Of a stretch of DNA of 32,000 nucleotides, positions 23,444 to 31,880 are shown in pieces; the first letter of the stretch is position 1, and each line of letters starts with the position of its first letter. The notes under the pieces are model-generated. The model was given only the letters and a program-made list of their open reading frames with translations. It had not been told where the DNA came from and did not search any database. Origin of the DNA: Megasphaera elsdenii DSM 20460. GTDB lineage: Bacteria; Bacillota; Negativicutes; Veillonellales; Megasphaeraceae. The stretch covers positions 900,001 to 932,000 of the forward strand of contig NZ_CP027570.1 of assembly GCF_003010495.1 (NCBI RefSeq), in the 5' to 3' direction. Made by a program: the position numbers and the translations under genes.

Positions 23444-24028
23444 TTACTCGACGAAGACGGGTTTATTATTTTCGAAACGGGCGATGCGGGCCAGGGATTC
23501 GACGCGGAAGCCGGCGTCTTCCAAGGTCTTGCGGCCGCTTTGGAAGGTCTTTTCGACGACGATGCCGATGCCGGCGACGGTACAACCGGCTTGAGCGACG
23601 ATGTCCGTCAGGCCGACAGCCGCTGCGCCGCTGGCCAGGAAATCATCGATGATGAGGACCGATTCGCCGGCGTGGAGATAGGCCTTGCTGATCGTAGCCG
23701 TGTATTCTTCTTCTTTGGTGTACGAATAAATCTTAGCCGTATACTGTTCCCCTTTGGTGAGCAGGGATTTTTTCTTGCGGGCAAAGACGATGGGCAGGTT
23801 GTTCAGGGCCAGGGAAGCGGCATAAGCCACAGCGATGCCCGAAGATTCGATAGTGACGATGCGGTCGATGTGTACGTCTTTGAAACGGCGGGCGAACTCC
23901 TGACCGACGTGATTGATGAGGGCCGTATCGATTTGCTGGTTCAAAAAGTTATCAATCTTTAAAATTCGGTTGTCGATGACCAGGCCATCCTGTAAAATTC
24001 GCTGTTTCAATTCTTCCATTACTTCCAT
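23444..24028 (-). CDS. xpt: xanthine phosphoribosyltransferase
   Basis: Collinear with B. subtilis Xpt as I recall it (ELKQRILQDGLVIDNRILKIDNFLNQQID; PRPP motif VLIIDDFLASG). The alternative start at ATG 24019 aligns with the Bsu start. Confidence 0.9.
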   Translation of the reverse strand: MEVMEELKQRILQDGLVIDNRILKIDNFLNQQIDTALINHVGQEFARRFKDVHIDRIVTIESSGIAVAYAASLALNNLPIVFARKKKSLLTKGEQYTAKIYSYTKEEEYTATISKAYLHAGESVLIIDDFLASGAAAVGLTDIVAQAGCTVAGIGIVVEKTFQSGRKTLEDAGFRVESLARIARFENNKPVFVE

Positions 24029-24077
24029 GTCCTCCCTGTGATGAAAAATGGTAAACTTTGTCTACTATAATAGTACT

Positions 24078-24106
24078 AGTCTAATACGATTTTATAGGCA
24101 AGTCAA
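24078..24106 (-). promoter_or_regulatory. promoter candidate for xpt
   Basis: The minus strand reads TTGACT, 17-nt spacer, TAGACT. The leader is short. Confidence 0.4.
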
Positions 24107-24118
24107 TAAAATTCTAAG

Positions 24119-24147
24119 TTTACTTATGGTTTTAAAACAGGTATACT
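24119..24147 (+). promoter_or_regulatory. promoter candidate for purL
   Basis: TTTACT (24119-24124), 17-nt spacer, TATACT (24142-24147). Confidence 0.45.
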
Positions 24148-24193
24148 AAGGTTGTCTAATGATAAGTTATCTATCTTTGAGGGAGGTCATGAC

Positions 24194-27100
24194 ATGCAGT
24201 CTATCCGACGTTTGTATGTTGCCAAGAAAGGTGTTTTTGCTGATGAAGCAAAACGATTGCTCACTGATTTACAGGAAAACCTGTTGATTAAAGGGTTGAC
24301 CGATATTCACATTTTCCATCGCTATGACGTATCCGGTCTCGATGATGCGGCTTTTGAAGCGGCTAAAAATATGATTTTCTCTGAACCGCCTGTCGATGCC
24401 GTATACGATGAATTACCGGCTGGCAAGGACGATACGGTCCTGGCCGTTGAATATCTGCCTGGCCAGTATGATCAGCGCGCCGATTCGGCTATGCAGTGCC
24501 TGCAGATGCTGACCATGAAGAACGACAGCCTCGTCCGCACGGCACAGGTCCTCGTCCTGTCGGGCAACTTATCCGCTGATGACGTCGCTGCAATCAAACA
24601 TTATTGCATCAACCCCGTCGAAGCCCGCGAAGCTTCGCTGGATCCCGTTTCGACTCTGGAAATGCCTTGGGAAAAACCGGCTGACGTTCCCGTCATCGAC
24701 GGTTTTGACGCCATGGACGACGCTGCTCTGAAAGAATTGTCGGCGCACATGGGCCTGGCTATGAGCTTCGACGATTTGAAATTCGTCCAGGCCTACTTCC
24801 GGGATGAAGAAAAACGAAATCCGACGGTTACAGAAATCCGCGTCATCGATACGTACTGGTCGGACCACTGCCGTCACACGACGTTCATGACCGAACTCAC
24901 TGATGTTTCCTTTGAAGATGGCACCTTCACGGCGCCTATCCAGCGCGCTTATGAATCGTATAAGACGACCCGGGAAAAATTGAACCGCAAGAAACCGCAG
25001 ACCCTCATGGATATGGCGACCATTGCCGTCAAAGAACTGAAAGCGGCCGGCAAGCTCGACAATCTCGACGAATCGGAAGAAATCAACGCCTGCACCATCA
25101 TCATCCCTGTCGATGTCGATGGCGTCGAAGAAGAATGGCTCCTCCTCTTCAAAAATGAAACCCATAACCACCCGACGGAAATCGAACCGTTCGGTGGTGC
25201 GGCTACCTGCCTGGGCGGCTGTATCCGCGATCCCTTGAGCGGCCGTTCCTATGTCTATCAGGCTATGCGCGTCACCGGTGCCGGCGACCCGCGCCAGTCG
25301 GTCAAAGATACGCTCGTCGGCAAACTGCCTCAGCGCAAACTGACGACAGGCGCTGCCAAGGGCTACAGCTCCTATGGCAACCAGATCGGCCTGGCTACGG
25401 GCGAAGTCAAGGAATATTACAACCCCGGCTTCATCGCCAAACGTATGGAAATCGGCGCTGTCCTCGGCGCTGCACCGCGCAATAATGTCGTCCGTGAAGA
25501 ACCGCTTCCTGGCGATATCATCATCCTCCTCGGCGGCAAGACCGGCCGCGACGGCTGCGGCGGTGCTACGGGTTCGTCCAAGAAGCACACCGTCGAATCC
25601 CTGGAAACCTGCGGCGCCGAAGTCCAGAAGGGCAATGCCCTGACGGAACGCAAGATCCAGCGCCTCTTCCGCCGCCATGAAGTTACGGTCCTCATCAAAC
25701 GCTGCAACGACTTCGGTGCCGGCGGTGTCTCCGTCGCTATCGGTGAATTGACGGACGGCCTGGACATCAATCTCGACAAAGTCCCGAAGAAGTACGAAGG
25801 CCTGGACGGTACGGAACTGGCTATTTCCGAATCGCAGGAACGTATGGCCGTCGTCGTCGCTCCGGAACACGTCGATGAATTTATGAAATACGCAGCTGAA
25901 GAAAACCTGGAAGCGACGATCGTCGCCGTCGCTACCGATACGAAACGCCTGGTCATGCATTGGCGCGACCAGAACGTCGTCAATATTACCCGCGCTTTCC
26001 TCGATACCAACGGCGTCACCCAGCATCGCAAAGCCGTCGTCGTCGCTCCGGAAGATAAAGATTTCTTCAAAGCGCCGGAAGTCAAAGACGTCGCCAAGAC
26101 CTGGCTCGATACGATGGGTACCTTGAATATCGCCTCGGAACAGGGCCTGGCTGAACGCTTCGACAGCACCATCGGTGCCCGCACGGTCCTCATGCCCTTT
26201 GGCGGCAAGTACCAGAAGACACCTGTCGAAGGCATGGTTGCCAAGATTCCCGTGGAACACGGCAACACGACGACAGCCAGCATCTTTACGCACGGCTATG
26301 ATCCGGACCTGGCTATTTGGAGCCCCTTCCACGGTGCCCTCTATGCCGTCATCCAGTCCATTGCCAAACTCGTTGCCCTCGGCGGCGACCGCAAGAAAGT
26401 CTACCTGACCATGCAGGAATTTTTCCAGAGCCTGGGCACGAATGAAAAAGCCTGGGGCCAGCCGGTCAGCGCCCTCCTCGGTGCTTTCACGGCCCAGCAG
26501 GTCATGGAAGTCGCTGCTATCGGCGGGAAAGACAGCATGAGCGGTACCTTTGAAAACCTCACCGTTCCGCCGACGCTCGTTTCTTTCGCCATTGCACCGG
26601 AACATACGGAAAATATCATCTCGCCGGAATTTAAAGCTGCCGATGACGCAGTCCTCCTCTTCGACCTGCCTCGTGACGGCGAAGAAATGCCGGACTTCGA
26701 TACCTTCAAAGCCCATTGCGATTTCCTCCATCAGGCTGTCCTCGATGGCAAAGTCAAAGCGATGCATGCTGTCGGTCAGGGCGGTATCGCAGCGGCTGTG
26801 GCTCAGATGGCCTTCGGCAATGGCATCGGCTTCGCTGTCGACAAGGCCTTTGCTGCACAGGAACTGTTCAATCTCCGCTATGGTTCGATCCTCGTCGAAA
26901 CCGACGCCGCTACGGCTGCTGCATGGGCTGGACGGGATCACGTCTCCCTCGTCGGCAAGACGACGGCTGCTGCCGATGTGACTGTCGACGGCGTGACGAT
27001 TTCCCTGAAAGACCTCCAGAACGCTTGGGAAAAACCGCTCAGCCACGTCTTCCCCATCAAGAGCGAAAGCGGCACAGGCGATGCCGAACTGCCCTTATTC

Positions 27101-27937
27101 ACGACGTATGGTCCGCGCCGCAGCGAAGCTTTCGGTACTCCGCGGGTCTTCATCCCCGTCTGCCCGGGTACGAACTGCGAATACGATTCGGCTGCTGCCT
27201 TTGAACGGGCCGGCGCTACGACGGATGTCATGGTACTGCGCAACAACACGCCGCAGGATCTGGCAGAATCCATCGATGAAATGGCCAAACGCATTGCCAA
27301 GGCACAGATCATCATGTTCCCCGGCGGTTTCAGTGCCGGTGACGAACCGGAAGGCTCGGGCAAGTTCATTGCCACCTTGTTCCGCAACCCCGTCCTGTCG
27401 GAAGCTCTGGAAACGCTGCTCTATCAGCGCGATGGCCTGGCTCTCGGCATCTGCAACGGCTTCCAGGCTCTGATTAAACTGGGCCTCCTGCCGTATGGCC
27501 ATGTACAGCCTTTGAAGGCTGACAGCCCGACTTTGACGTACAACACCATTGGCCGCCATCTGTCGCGCATGGTCGAAACGAAAGTCGTCTCCGTCATGAG
27601 CCCGTGGTTCAGCGGCTGCAAGGCCGGTGACGTCCATACCGTGGCTATCTCCCACGGCGAAGGTCGTTTCGTGGCTACGCCGGAACAGATCCGTGAATTG
27701 GCTGCCAAAGGCCAGATTGCGACACAGTACGTCGACCTCTCTGGCAAAGCTACCTATGATAGCGAATACAACCCGAACCAGTCCGTCCTGGCTGTCGAAG
27801 GCATTACCAGTCCCGATGGGCGCGTCCTCGGTAAGATGGCACACACAGAACGCTTCAGCGCTGAAGACGTCTTCCAGAACATTGCTGGCAACAAACTCCA
27901 GCCGATCTTCAAATCGGGCGTCGAATATTTTAAGTAA
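24194..27937 (+). CDS. purL: phosphoribosylformylglycinamidine (FGAM) synthase, single-chain large form
   Basis: About 1247 aa with an N-terminal domain, an AIR-synthase-like duplication and a C-terminal class I glutamine amidotransferase domain (GICNGFQAL, HGEGRF). The ORF track starts at TTG 24152, but ATG 24194 has GGGAGG 7 nt upstream. Confidence 0.95.
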   Translation: MQSIRRLYVAKKGVFADEAKRLLTDLQENLLIKGLTDIHIFHRYDVSGLDDAAFEAAKNMIFSEPPVDAVYDELPAGKDDTVLAVEYLPGQYDQRADSAMQCLQMLTMKNDSLVRTAQVLVLSGNLSADDVAAIKHYCINPVEAREASLDPVSTLEMPWEKPADVPVIDGFDAMDDAALKELSAHMGLAMSFDDLKFVQAYFRDEEKRNPTVTEIRVIDTYWSDHCRHTTFMTELTDVSFEDGTFTAPIQRAYESYKTTREKLNRKKPQTLMDMATIAVKELKAAGKLDNLDESEEINACTIIIPVDVDGVEEEWLLLFKNETHNHPTEIEPFGGAATCLGGCIRDPLSGRSYVYQAMRVTGAGDPRQSVKDTLVGKLPQRKLTTGAAKGYSSYGNQIGLATGEVKEYYNPGFIAKRMEIGAVLGAAPRNNVVREEPLPGDIIILLGGKTGRDGCGGATGSSKKHTVESLETCGAEVQKGNALTERKIQRLFRRHEVTVLIKRCNDFGAGGVSVAIGELTDGLDINLDKVPKKYEGLDGTELAISESQERMAVVVAPEHVDEFMKYAAEENLEATIVAVATDTKRLVMHWRDQNVVNITRAFLDTNGVTQHRKAVVVAPEDKDFFKAPEVKDVAKTWLDTMGTLNIASEQGLAERFDSTIGARTVLMPFGGKYQKTPVEGMVAKIPVEHGNTTTASIFTHGYDPDLAIWSPFHGALYAVIQSIAKLVALGGDRKKVYLTMQEFFQSLGTNEKAWGQPVSALLGAFTAQQVMEVAAIGGKDSMSGTFENLTVPPTLVSFAIAPEHTENIISPEFKAADDAVLLFDLPRDGEEMPDFDTFKAHCDFLHQAVLDGKVKAMHAVGQGGIAAAVAQMAFGNGIGFAVDKAFAAQELFNLRYGSILVETDAATAAAWAGRDHVSLVGKTTAAADVTVDGVTISLKDLQNAWEKPLSHVFPIKSESGTGDAELPLFTTYGPRRSEAFGTPRVFIPVCPGTNCEYDSAAAFERAGATTDVMVLRNNTPQDLAESIDEMAKRIAKAQIIMFPGGFSAGDEPEGSGKFIATLFRNPVLSEALETLLYQRDGLALGICNGFQALIKLGLLPYGHVQPLKADSPTLTYNTIGRHLSRMVETKVVSVMSPWFSGCKAGDVHTVAISHGEGRFVATPEQIRELAAKGQIATQYVDLSGKATYDSEYNPNQSVLAVEGITSPDGRVLGKMAHTERFSAEDVFQNIAGNKLQPIFKSGVEYFK

Positions 27938-27941
27938 AAGC

Positions 27942-28018
27942 CGTTTGCCGTGGGTCGTTCATCGTTTGCCGTTGAATGCGTGAATTTTTCGGCAAACGCC
28001 AAACGCCAAACGAACCAC
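27942..28018 (+). repeat. heptamer-phased hairpin element, family 3
   Basis: CGTTTGC CGTGGGT CGTTCAT CGTTTGC CGTTGAA TGCGTGA ATTTTTC GGCAAAC GCCAAAC GCCAAAC GAACCAC. CGTTTGCCG (27963-71) pairs with CGGCAAACG (27990-98). Confidence 0.7.
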
Positions 28019-28052
28019 AAAAGTGATGCTGCGGAAGCAGCATCACTTTTTT
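28019..28052 (+). terminator. intrinsic terminator of purL
   Basis: AAAAGTGATGCTGC-ggaa-GCAGCATCACTTTT followed by TT. Confidence 0.8.
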
Positions 28053-28053
28053 C

Positions 28054-28082
28054 TTGCTTTTCTCCGCCACTTATGATATACT
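28054..28082 (+). promoter_or_regulatory. promoter candidate of rpsF-ssb-rpsR
   Basis: TTGCTT (28054-28059), 17-nt spacer, TATACT (28077-28082). Confidence 0.5.
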
Positions 28083-28157
28083 TAACAAGCTTGAACTGTG
28101 TCAAGCTCCTAACCCTTCTGCGGGAAGGGTCATATGTCCAAAAGAGGAGGTGATTTC
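28083..28157 (+). promoter_or_regulatory. structured 5' leader of rpsF (possible S6:S18 autoregulatory leader)
   Basis: Two hairpins: AGCTTGA/TCAAGCT (28088-94/28101-07) and ACCCTTC/GAAGGGT (28112-18/28124-30), immediately before the RBS. Confidence 0.35.
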
Positions 28158-28442
28158 GTGAACAAGTACGAAGTCATGTTTATTGCAAAACCGCTCGAAG
28201 AAGCTGAAGTAGATCCGATCGTTGAATTGGTATCCAACCTTCTCACCAAGAACGGCTGCACTATCGAAAAAGTAGATCGCTGGGGTAAACGTCATCTCGC
28301 ATACCCTGTTAAAAAACAGGCTGATGGCTACTACGTTTTGATCAACTTTGAAGGCGAACCTGACGTCATCAAAGAAATCGACCGTGTCATCAAGATCCAC
28401 GATACTATTCTGAAACACTTGATCGTCAAGATCGACGAATAA
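28158..28442 (+). CDS. rpsF: 30S ribosomal protein S6
   Basis: NKYEVMFIAKP...RWGKRHLAYPV. GTG 28158 has GAGGAGG 7 nt upstream; the ORF track starts at 28134. Confidence 0.95.
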   Translation: MNKYEVMFIAKPLEEAEVDPIVELVSNLLTKNGCTIEKVDRWGKRHLAYPVKKQADGYYVLINFEGEPDVIKEIDRVIKIHDTILKHLIVKIDE

Positions 28443-28458
28443 CCGGAGGCGCAAAGGT

Positions 28459-28899
28459 ATGAATTCAGTCCAATTATTAGGGAATTTGGCTCGTGACCCG
28501 GAAATCCGTTTTACGAAGACCGGACGGGCAGTCGCTATGTTTACCGTCGCCTGCACGCGGTCGTATATTCCGGCCGGCAGTTCAGAACCGCGGGAGTTAA
28601 CTGATTTTATTCCTTGTGTTGCTTGGGGTAATTTGGCGGAAAACTGTGGCAATAACTTGTCCAAAGGCAGCCGTGTATTCGTCCAGGGCCGTATCTCCGT
28701 TCGTTCTTATGAAACGCAGGATGGCCAGAAACGCTACCGCACGGAAGTTGTATGCGACTTCGTTGCCCAGACAATGGGATCAGAACACCAGCAGGCTGCT
28801 CCGGCACCGCGTGCTAGTGCGCCGCAGCCGAAACCGGCTGCACCGGGAACCGGCTTTGACAGCATGGGTTCCAGCACAGACGAAGAAATCCCATTCTAA
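28459..28899 (+). CDS. ssb: single-stranded DNA-binding protein
   Basis: OB-fold N-terminus (MNSVQLLGNLARDPEIRFTKTG), a Pro/Ala/Gln-rich linker and the acidic tip DEEIPF. Confidence 0.95.
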   Translation: MNSVQLLGNLARDPEIRFTKTGRAVAMFTVACTRSYIPAGSSEPRELTDFIPCVAWGNLAENCGNNLSKGSRVFVQGRISVRSYETQDGQKRYRTEVVCDFVAQTMGSEHQQAAPAPRASAPQPKPAAPGTGFDSMGSSTDEEIPF

Positions 28900-28944
28900 A
28901 AGGTCAGACACACCCCTTCTAATTCTTGAAGGAGGAAACTATAC

Positions 28945-29175
28945 ATGAGAAGAGATCGCTCGAGAAAACCGAGAAGAAAAGTATGCAGCTTCTGCGTAGA
29001 TCATGCTGAACAGATCGATTACAAAGACGTTGCAAAACTTCGCCGTTTCACAACAGAACGCGGTAAAATCTTGCCGCGCCGCATTTCCGGCGTTTGCGCT
29101 AAACATCAGCGTAAACTGACTGTTGCCATCAAACGCGCACGTGCTATCGCACTCTTGCCGTATACGGCTGAATAA
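28945..29175 (+). CDS. rpsR: 30S ribosomal protein S18
   Basis: RRKVCSFC...IDYKD...[35 protein letters not shown]. Confidence 0.95.
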   Translation: MRRDRSRKPRRKVCSFCVDHAEQIDYKDVAKLRRFTTERGKILPRRISGVCAKHQRKLTVAIKRARAIALLPYTAE

Positions 29176-29176
29176 T

Positions 29177-29212
29177 AAAAAAGGGCTTGTCGCATGACGA
29201 CAAGCCCTTTTT
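29177..29212. terminator. bidirectional intrinsic terminator after rpsR (recurrent stem)
   Basis: AAAAAA-GGGCTTGTCG-catga-CGACAAGCCC-TTTTT. Confidence 0.8.
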
Positions 29213-29299
29213 AAGTTTTAAGTTGAAAGTTTGATGTGGAGGGGACAAAATTTAAAAGCCATCGCCTCAAACGTCATACATCAAACCTCAAACATTTAA
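29213..29299 (-). repeat. heptamer-phased hairpin element, family 1, copy D (opposite orientation, diverged arms)
   Basis: AAGTTTT AAGTTGA AAGTTTG ATGTGGA ... AAACGTC ATACATC AAACCTC AAACATT. The core AAATTTAAAAGCCATC is the reverse complement of the B/C core. AGTTTGATGT (29228-37) pairs with ACATCAAACC (29278-87). Confidence 0.7.
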
Positions 29300-29300
29300 G

Positions 29301-29352
29301 AAAAAGGGACCTCGCATTATGGTATAAACCTTCGTGTGACGTCCCTTTTTTT
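29301..29352. terminator. second terminator-like hairpin
   Basis: AAAAA-GGGACCTCGC...GTGACGTCCC-TTTTTTT. 10-bp stem with one mismatch and one G:U pair; 20-nt loop. Confidence 0.55.
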
Positions 29353-29378
29353 GTAGGGGCGCCACGTGGGGCGCCCGC
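29353..29378 (+). repeat. GTAGGGGC-GGCGCC hairpin module
   Basis: GTAGGGGCGCCACGTGGGGCGCCCGC, near-identical to 13838-13865. Confidence 0.7.
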
Positions 29379-29435
29379 ACCGGAATATGTACGATTTCCC
29401 TGTCAGGGTGCTAGGCGAATCATACAAAGGCCCAA

Positions 29436-29465
29436 CGGGCCGCCCTTTGGGACGGCCCCTACGAA
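29436..29465 (-). repeat. GTAGGGGC hairpin module, variant, minus strand
   Basis: The minus strand reads TTCGTAGGGGCCGTCCCAAAGGGCGGCCCG. It has the same TTCGTAGGGGC junction as 21730-21740. Confidence 0.6.
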
Positions 29466-29486
29466 CAGCTGTCAGCTGACTGCTGA

Positions 29487-29556
29487 CCACGAGCCACGAA
29501 CCACGAACCACTAATCACGAGCCACTAACCACTAACTACTAACCACGAACCACTAA
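29487..29556 (-). repeat. tandem array of ten 7-nt units (family 2) overlapping the guaD 3' end
   Basis: Plus strand: CCACGAG CCACGAA CCACGAA CCACTAA TCACGAG CCACTAA CCACTAA CTACTAA CCACGAA CCACTAA. The minus strand reads TTAGTGG/TTCGTGG-type units. Confidence 0.8.
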
Positions 29557-30795
29557 CTCCCCATCTACATAGCGGGCGATGATGTTGCGGTCGTCGCCGT
29601 CGTAGATGAATTGCTGGAGCTTTTCGAAGGGCGTCCGTTCCAGGCCTTCCATGTCGTCCATGTGGATGACCAAGGCGTCAAAGGCATAGCCCGTTTCAAA
29701 GCTGCCTGTCCGGCCGTAGAAGCGGCCCGGTCCTTTGGTGGCCAAGTACAGGCCTTCACCGATGGTGAGGGCTTTTTCTGTATCGTGCTGCAGGGCATGG
29801 AGCTTCGATATTTCGATGGTCAGGGCAATCTGTTTGTTCATGGCCGGTGTATGGCCGGCGGCGACGTCGCTGGCAATGGTGCAGGTCAAGCCTTGTTCCA
29901 GGTTGCGCCGCAAAGGCATGATGCCGCTGGTCAGGTTAGCATTGGACTGAGCGCAATGGGCCAAGTAAACGCCTTTATTGCCAAGTAAACTTTTTTCTTT
30001 GTCAGACAGATAGATGGCATGGGCCATGATCGTCTTATCTTGCCGCAAGAGGCCGAAAGCGTCGTAAACGTCAGTATACGACGGCAGGTCCGGATGGAGT
30101 TCTTTGACCCAGGCGACTTCATTCCGATTTTCCGACAGATGGGACTGGACGGGCAAGTCGTACTTTTCACAGAGACGCCCAAGGCCGGTCATCAGTTTTT
30201 CCGTTGTCGACGGGACGAAGCGCGGCGTGGCGATGAAGCGGACGCGGTGCAGTTCCTCCTGGCAGCGGACGGTCAATTCTTCCGTGTCGGCCAGGGACTG
30301 GTCTGTATCTTCTAAAAGATAATCCGGTGCATTGCGGTCCATGTTTACTTTGCCGATATAGGCCTTGAAGCCCATGGTTTCTGCCAGTTCCATGAGCTGC
30401 CATGTCGCCTCTTTATGGATGGTCGCAAAGGCAGAGAAACACAAGGTCCCTTCGGCTTTGAGCCGTTCCAGGAACGCTGTGTAAACGCGGCGGGCAAAGA
30501 CAGGGTCGGCAAATTTCCCTTCAGCCGGGAAGGTGTAGTGCTCCAGCCAGGGCAGGAGTTCTTCATCGAAGCCGAGGCCGCGGTTGATATACTGCGGGGC
30601 ATGGATGTGCAAGTCGACAAAGGCCGGGATGATGATGTCCTGGCCGTAGTCAATGACTTTTTCCGCCCCCGCCGATTCGGGCAGGGACGTCGTGAAGCCC
30701 GTTACGATGCCGTTTTCGATATGGGCATATTGATTTTCGCGGATCGTCAATTCCGTCCGCGACGGCGTATAGAGAAAATTTCCTTTAAGGAACAT
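29539..30795 (-). CDS. guaD: guanine deaminase (amidohydrolase superfamily)
   Basis: VDLHIHAPQY, GKVNMDRNAPDYLLEDT, SHLSENRNEVAWVKELHP and a C-terminus ...RYVDGELV track E. coli GuaD as I recall it. Confidence 0.85.
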   Translation of the reverse strand: MFLKGNFLYTPSRTELTIRENQYAHIENGIVTGFTTSLPESAGAEKVIDYGQDIIIPAFVDLHIHAPQYINRGLGFDEELLPWLEHYTFPAEGKFADPVFARRVYTAFLERLKAEGTLCFSAFATIHKEATWQLMELAETMGFKAYIGKVNMDRNAPDYLLEDTDQSLADTEELTVRCQEELHRVRFIATPRFVPSTTEKLMTGLGRLCEKYDLPVQSHLSENRNEVAWVKELHPDLPSYTDVYDAFGLLRQDKTIMAHAIYLSDKEKSLLGNKGVYLAHCAQSNANLTSGIMPLRRNLEQGLTCTIASDVAAGHTPAMNKQIALTIEISKLHALQHDTEKALTIGEGLYLATKGPGRFYGRTGSFETGYAFDALVIHMDDMEGLERTPFEKLQQFIYDGDDRNIIARYVDGELVVRG

Positions 30796-30819
30796 GTAAA
30801 CGTCACCTTCTTTTTATGT

Positions 30820-31716
30820 TTACGCAGGTACGTAAACGGATAGGAATGAGGGCAGTACTTTGATTTCCAAGGGGAAGTCCGGTCCTTCGTCACCATCCAT
30901 ATTGGTGGAAAGATGGCTGTTATCCAACAGTTCGATGCGGACCTGGTCCATGGTCTTTAAGGTCATCAATTCAGACGTCAGGGGCTGGCCGGCTAAAAAT
31001 TCCGGGATGACCTTGATGAGGTCCAGGTAGTTGAAATCCTTGAAGATGCCCAGCCATATCTTTCCATCGTCGACGCGGGCCTGCGGGGCCAGGTTGCGGA
31101 AACTGCCGACGGAACTGGTCAGCATGGCGACGATGAGGGGGGAGCGGTGGACCGTCGATCCTTGGGCCGTCGTAATCTTGAATAACGATGTCTGGTGGGC
31201 CTGCATGGCCTTGATGCCGGTCAGGAAATAAGCCAGCGGACCGAGACGTGTCTTCTGTTCAATCGATACGTGGCCGACGGCATCGGGCATGATACCGGCA
31301 GCAATGGTGTTTACGAAGTAGCGGTCATTGGCCTTGGCAATGTCGACTTTGACGGTCTTGCAATGCTGTAGCATGGCGATGGCTGCTTCTGGATGAAGGG
31401 GGATGTTCAAGGCCCGGGCCAGGTCGTTGATTGTACCCAAGGGGATGAAGCCGAAATGGATCGTGCTGTGGTCCTGGGCCTGAGCCAGGCCGTTGATTGT
31501 TTCATTCAGCGTCCCGTCACCGCCCATGGAAAATACCGAGTCAAAACCAGTCAGGGCGGCTTCTTTGGCCCATTCCGTCGCATCGCCGGCTTTCTGCGTT
31601 TCCCGCAATTCGACTTCATCGAACATCGTTTCCAGCTGTCGCCTTAAATTATCCTTGTGATATTTCGCCCGTTCACGCCCTGCTGTAGGGTTGACGATTA
31701 ACATACACCGTTTCAA
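30820..31716 (-). CDS. diacylglycerol/lipid kinase family protein (YegS/BmrU type)
   Basis: MLIVNPTAGRE N-terminus and the GGDGTLNE motif. Lies 24 nt upstream of guaD on the same strand. Confidence 0.85.
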   Translation of the reverse strand: MKRCMLIVNPTAGRERAKYHKDNLRRQLETMFDEVELRETQKAGDATEWAKEAALTGFDSVFSMGGDGTLNETINGLAQAQDHSTIHFGFIPLGTINDLARALNIPLHPEAAIAMLQHCKTVKVDIAKANDRYFVNTIAAGIMPDAVGHVSIEQKTRLGPLAYFLTGIKAMQAHQTSLFKITTAQGSTVHRSPLIVAMLTSSVGSFRNLAPQARVDDGKIWLGIFKDFNYLDLIKVIPEFLAGQPLTSELMTLKTMDQVRIELLDNSHLSTNMDGDEGPDFPLEIKVLPSFLSVYVPA

Positions 31717-31880
31717 CTTGCTCTACTCCTTACTTGTAAATTAGTCCTTGAAATGACTGATTATTACTATTATAGCGGTAAAAAAGTCGTTCGTGAAGGT
31801 GTAAACAAGGATTTCTCTGATTTTCGTCGAACTCTTTCTATAAAGGTTTCCTTGGCATTTTTAGAAAAGGGGAGGATGAA

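Noticed and set aside
24029-24150. Expected purine (guanine/xanthine) riboswitch upstream of xpt, and a pur-type leader upstream of purL
   Set aside because: The xpt leader between the candidate promoter (24078-24106) and the start is only about 45 nt and lacks the conserved three-way-junction sequence of purine riboswitches. The purL leader is similarly short. No riboswitch is supported.
24569-27046. 825-aa ORF on the minus strand, antisense to purL
   Set aside because: The plus-strand frame encodes a full-length, clearly recognisable FGAM synthase. The antisense product is low-complexity (D/G/R/A/F-rich) with no motif and no RBS. Long stop-free antisense frames are an expected by-product of the strong codon bias seen here.
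29236-29514. 92-aa plus-strand ORF between rpsR and guaD
   Set aside because: It is composed entirely of repeat modules and crosses a terminator (29301-29352). There is no RBS.
29487-29556. Heptamer arrays and recurrent hairpins considered as a CRISPR array
   Set aside because: The units are 7 nt and directly tandem, with no spacers. The dispersed hairpins are single copies at gene ends. No cas genes are present.
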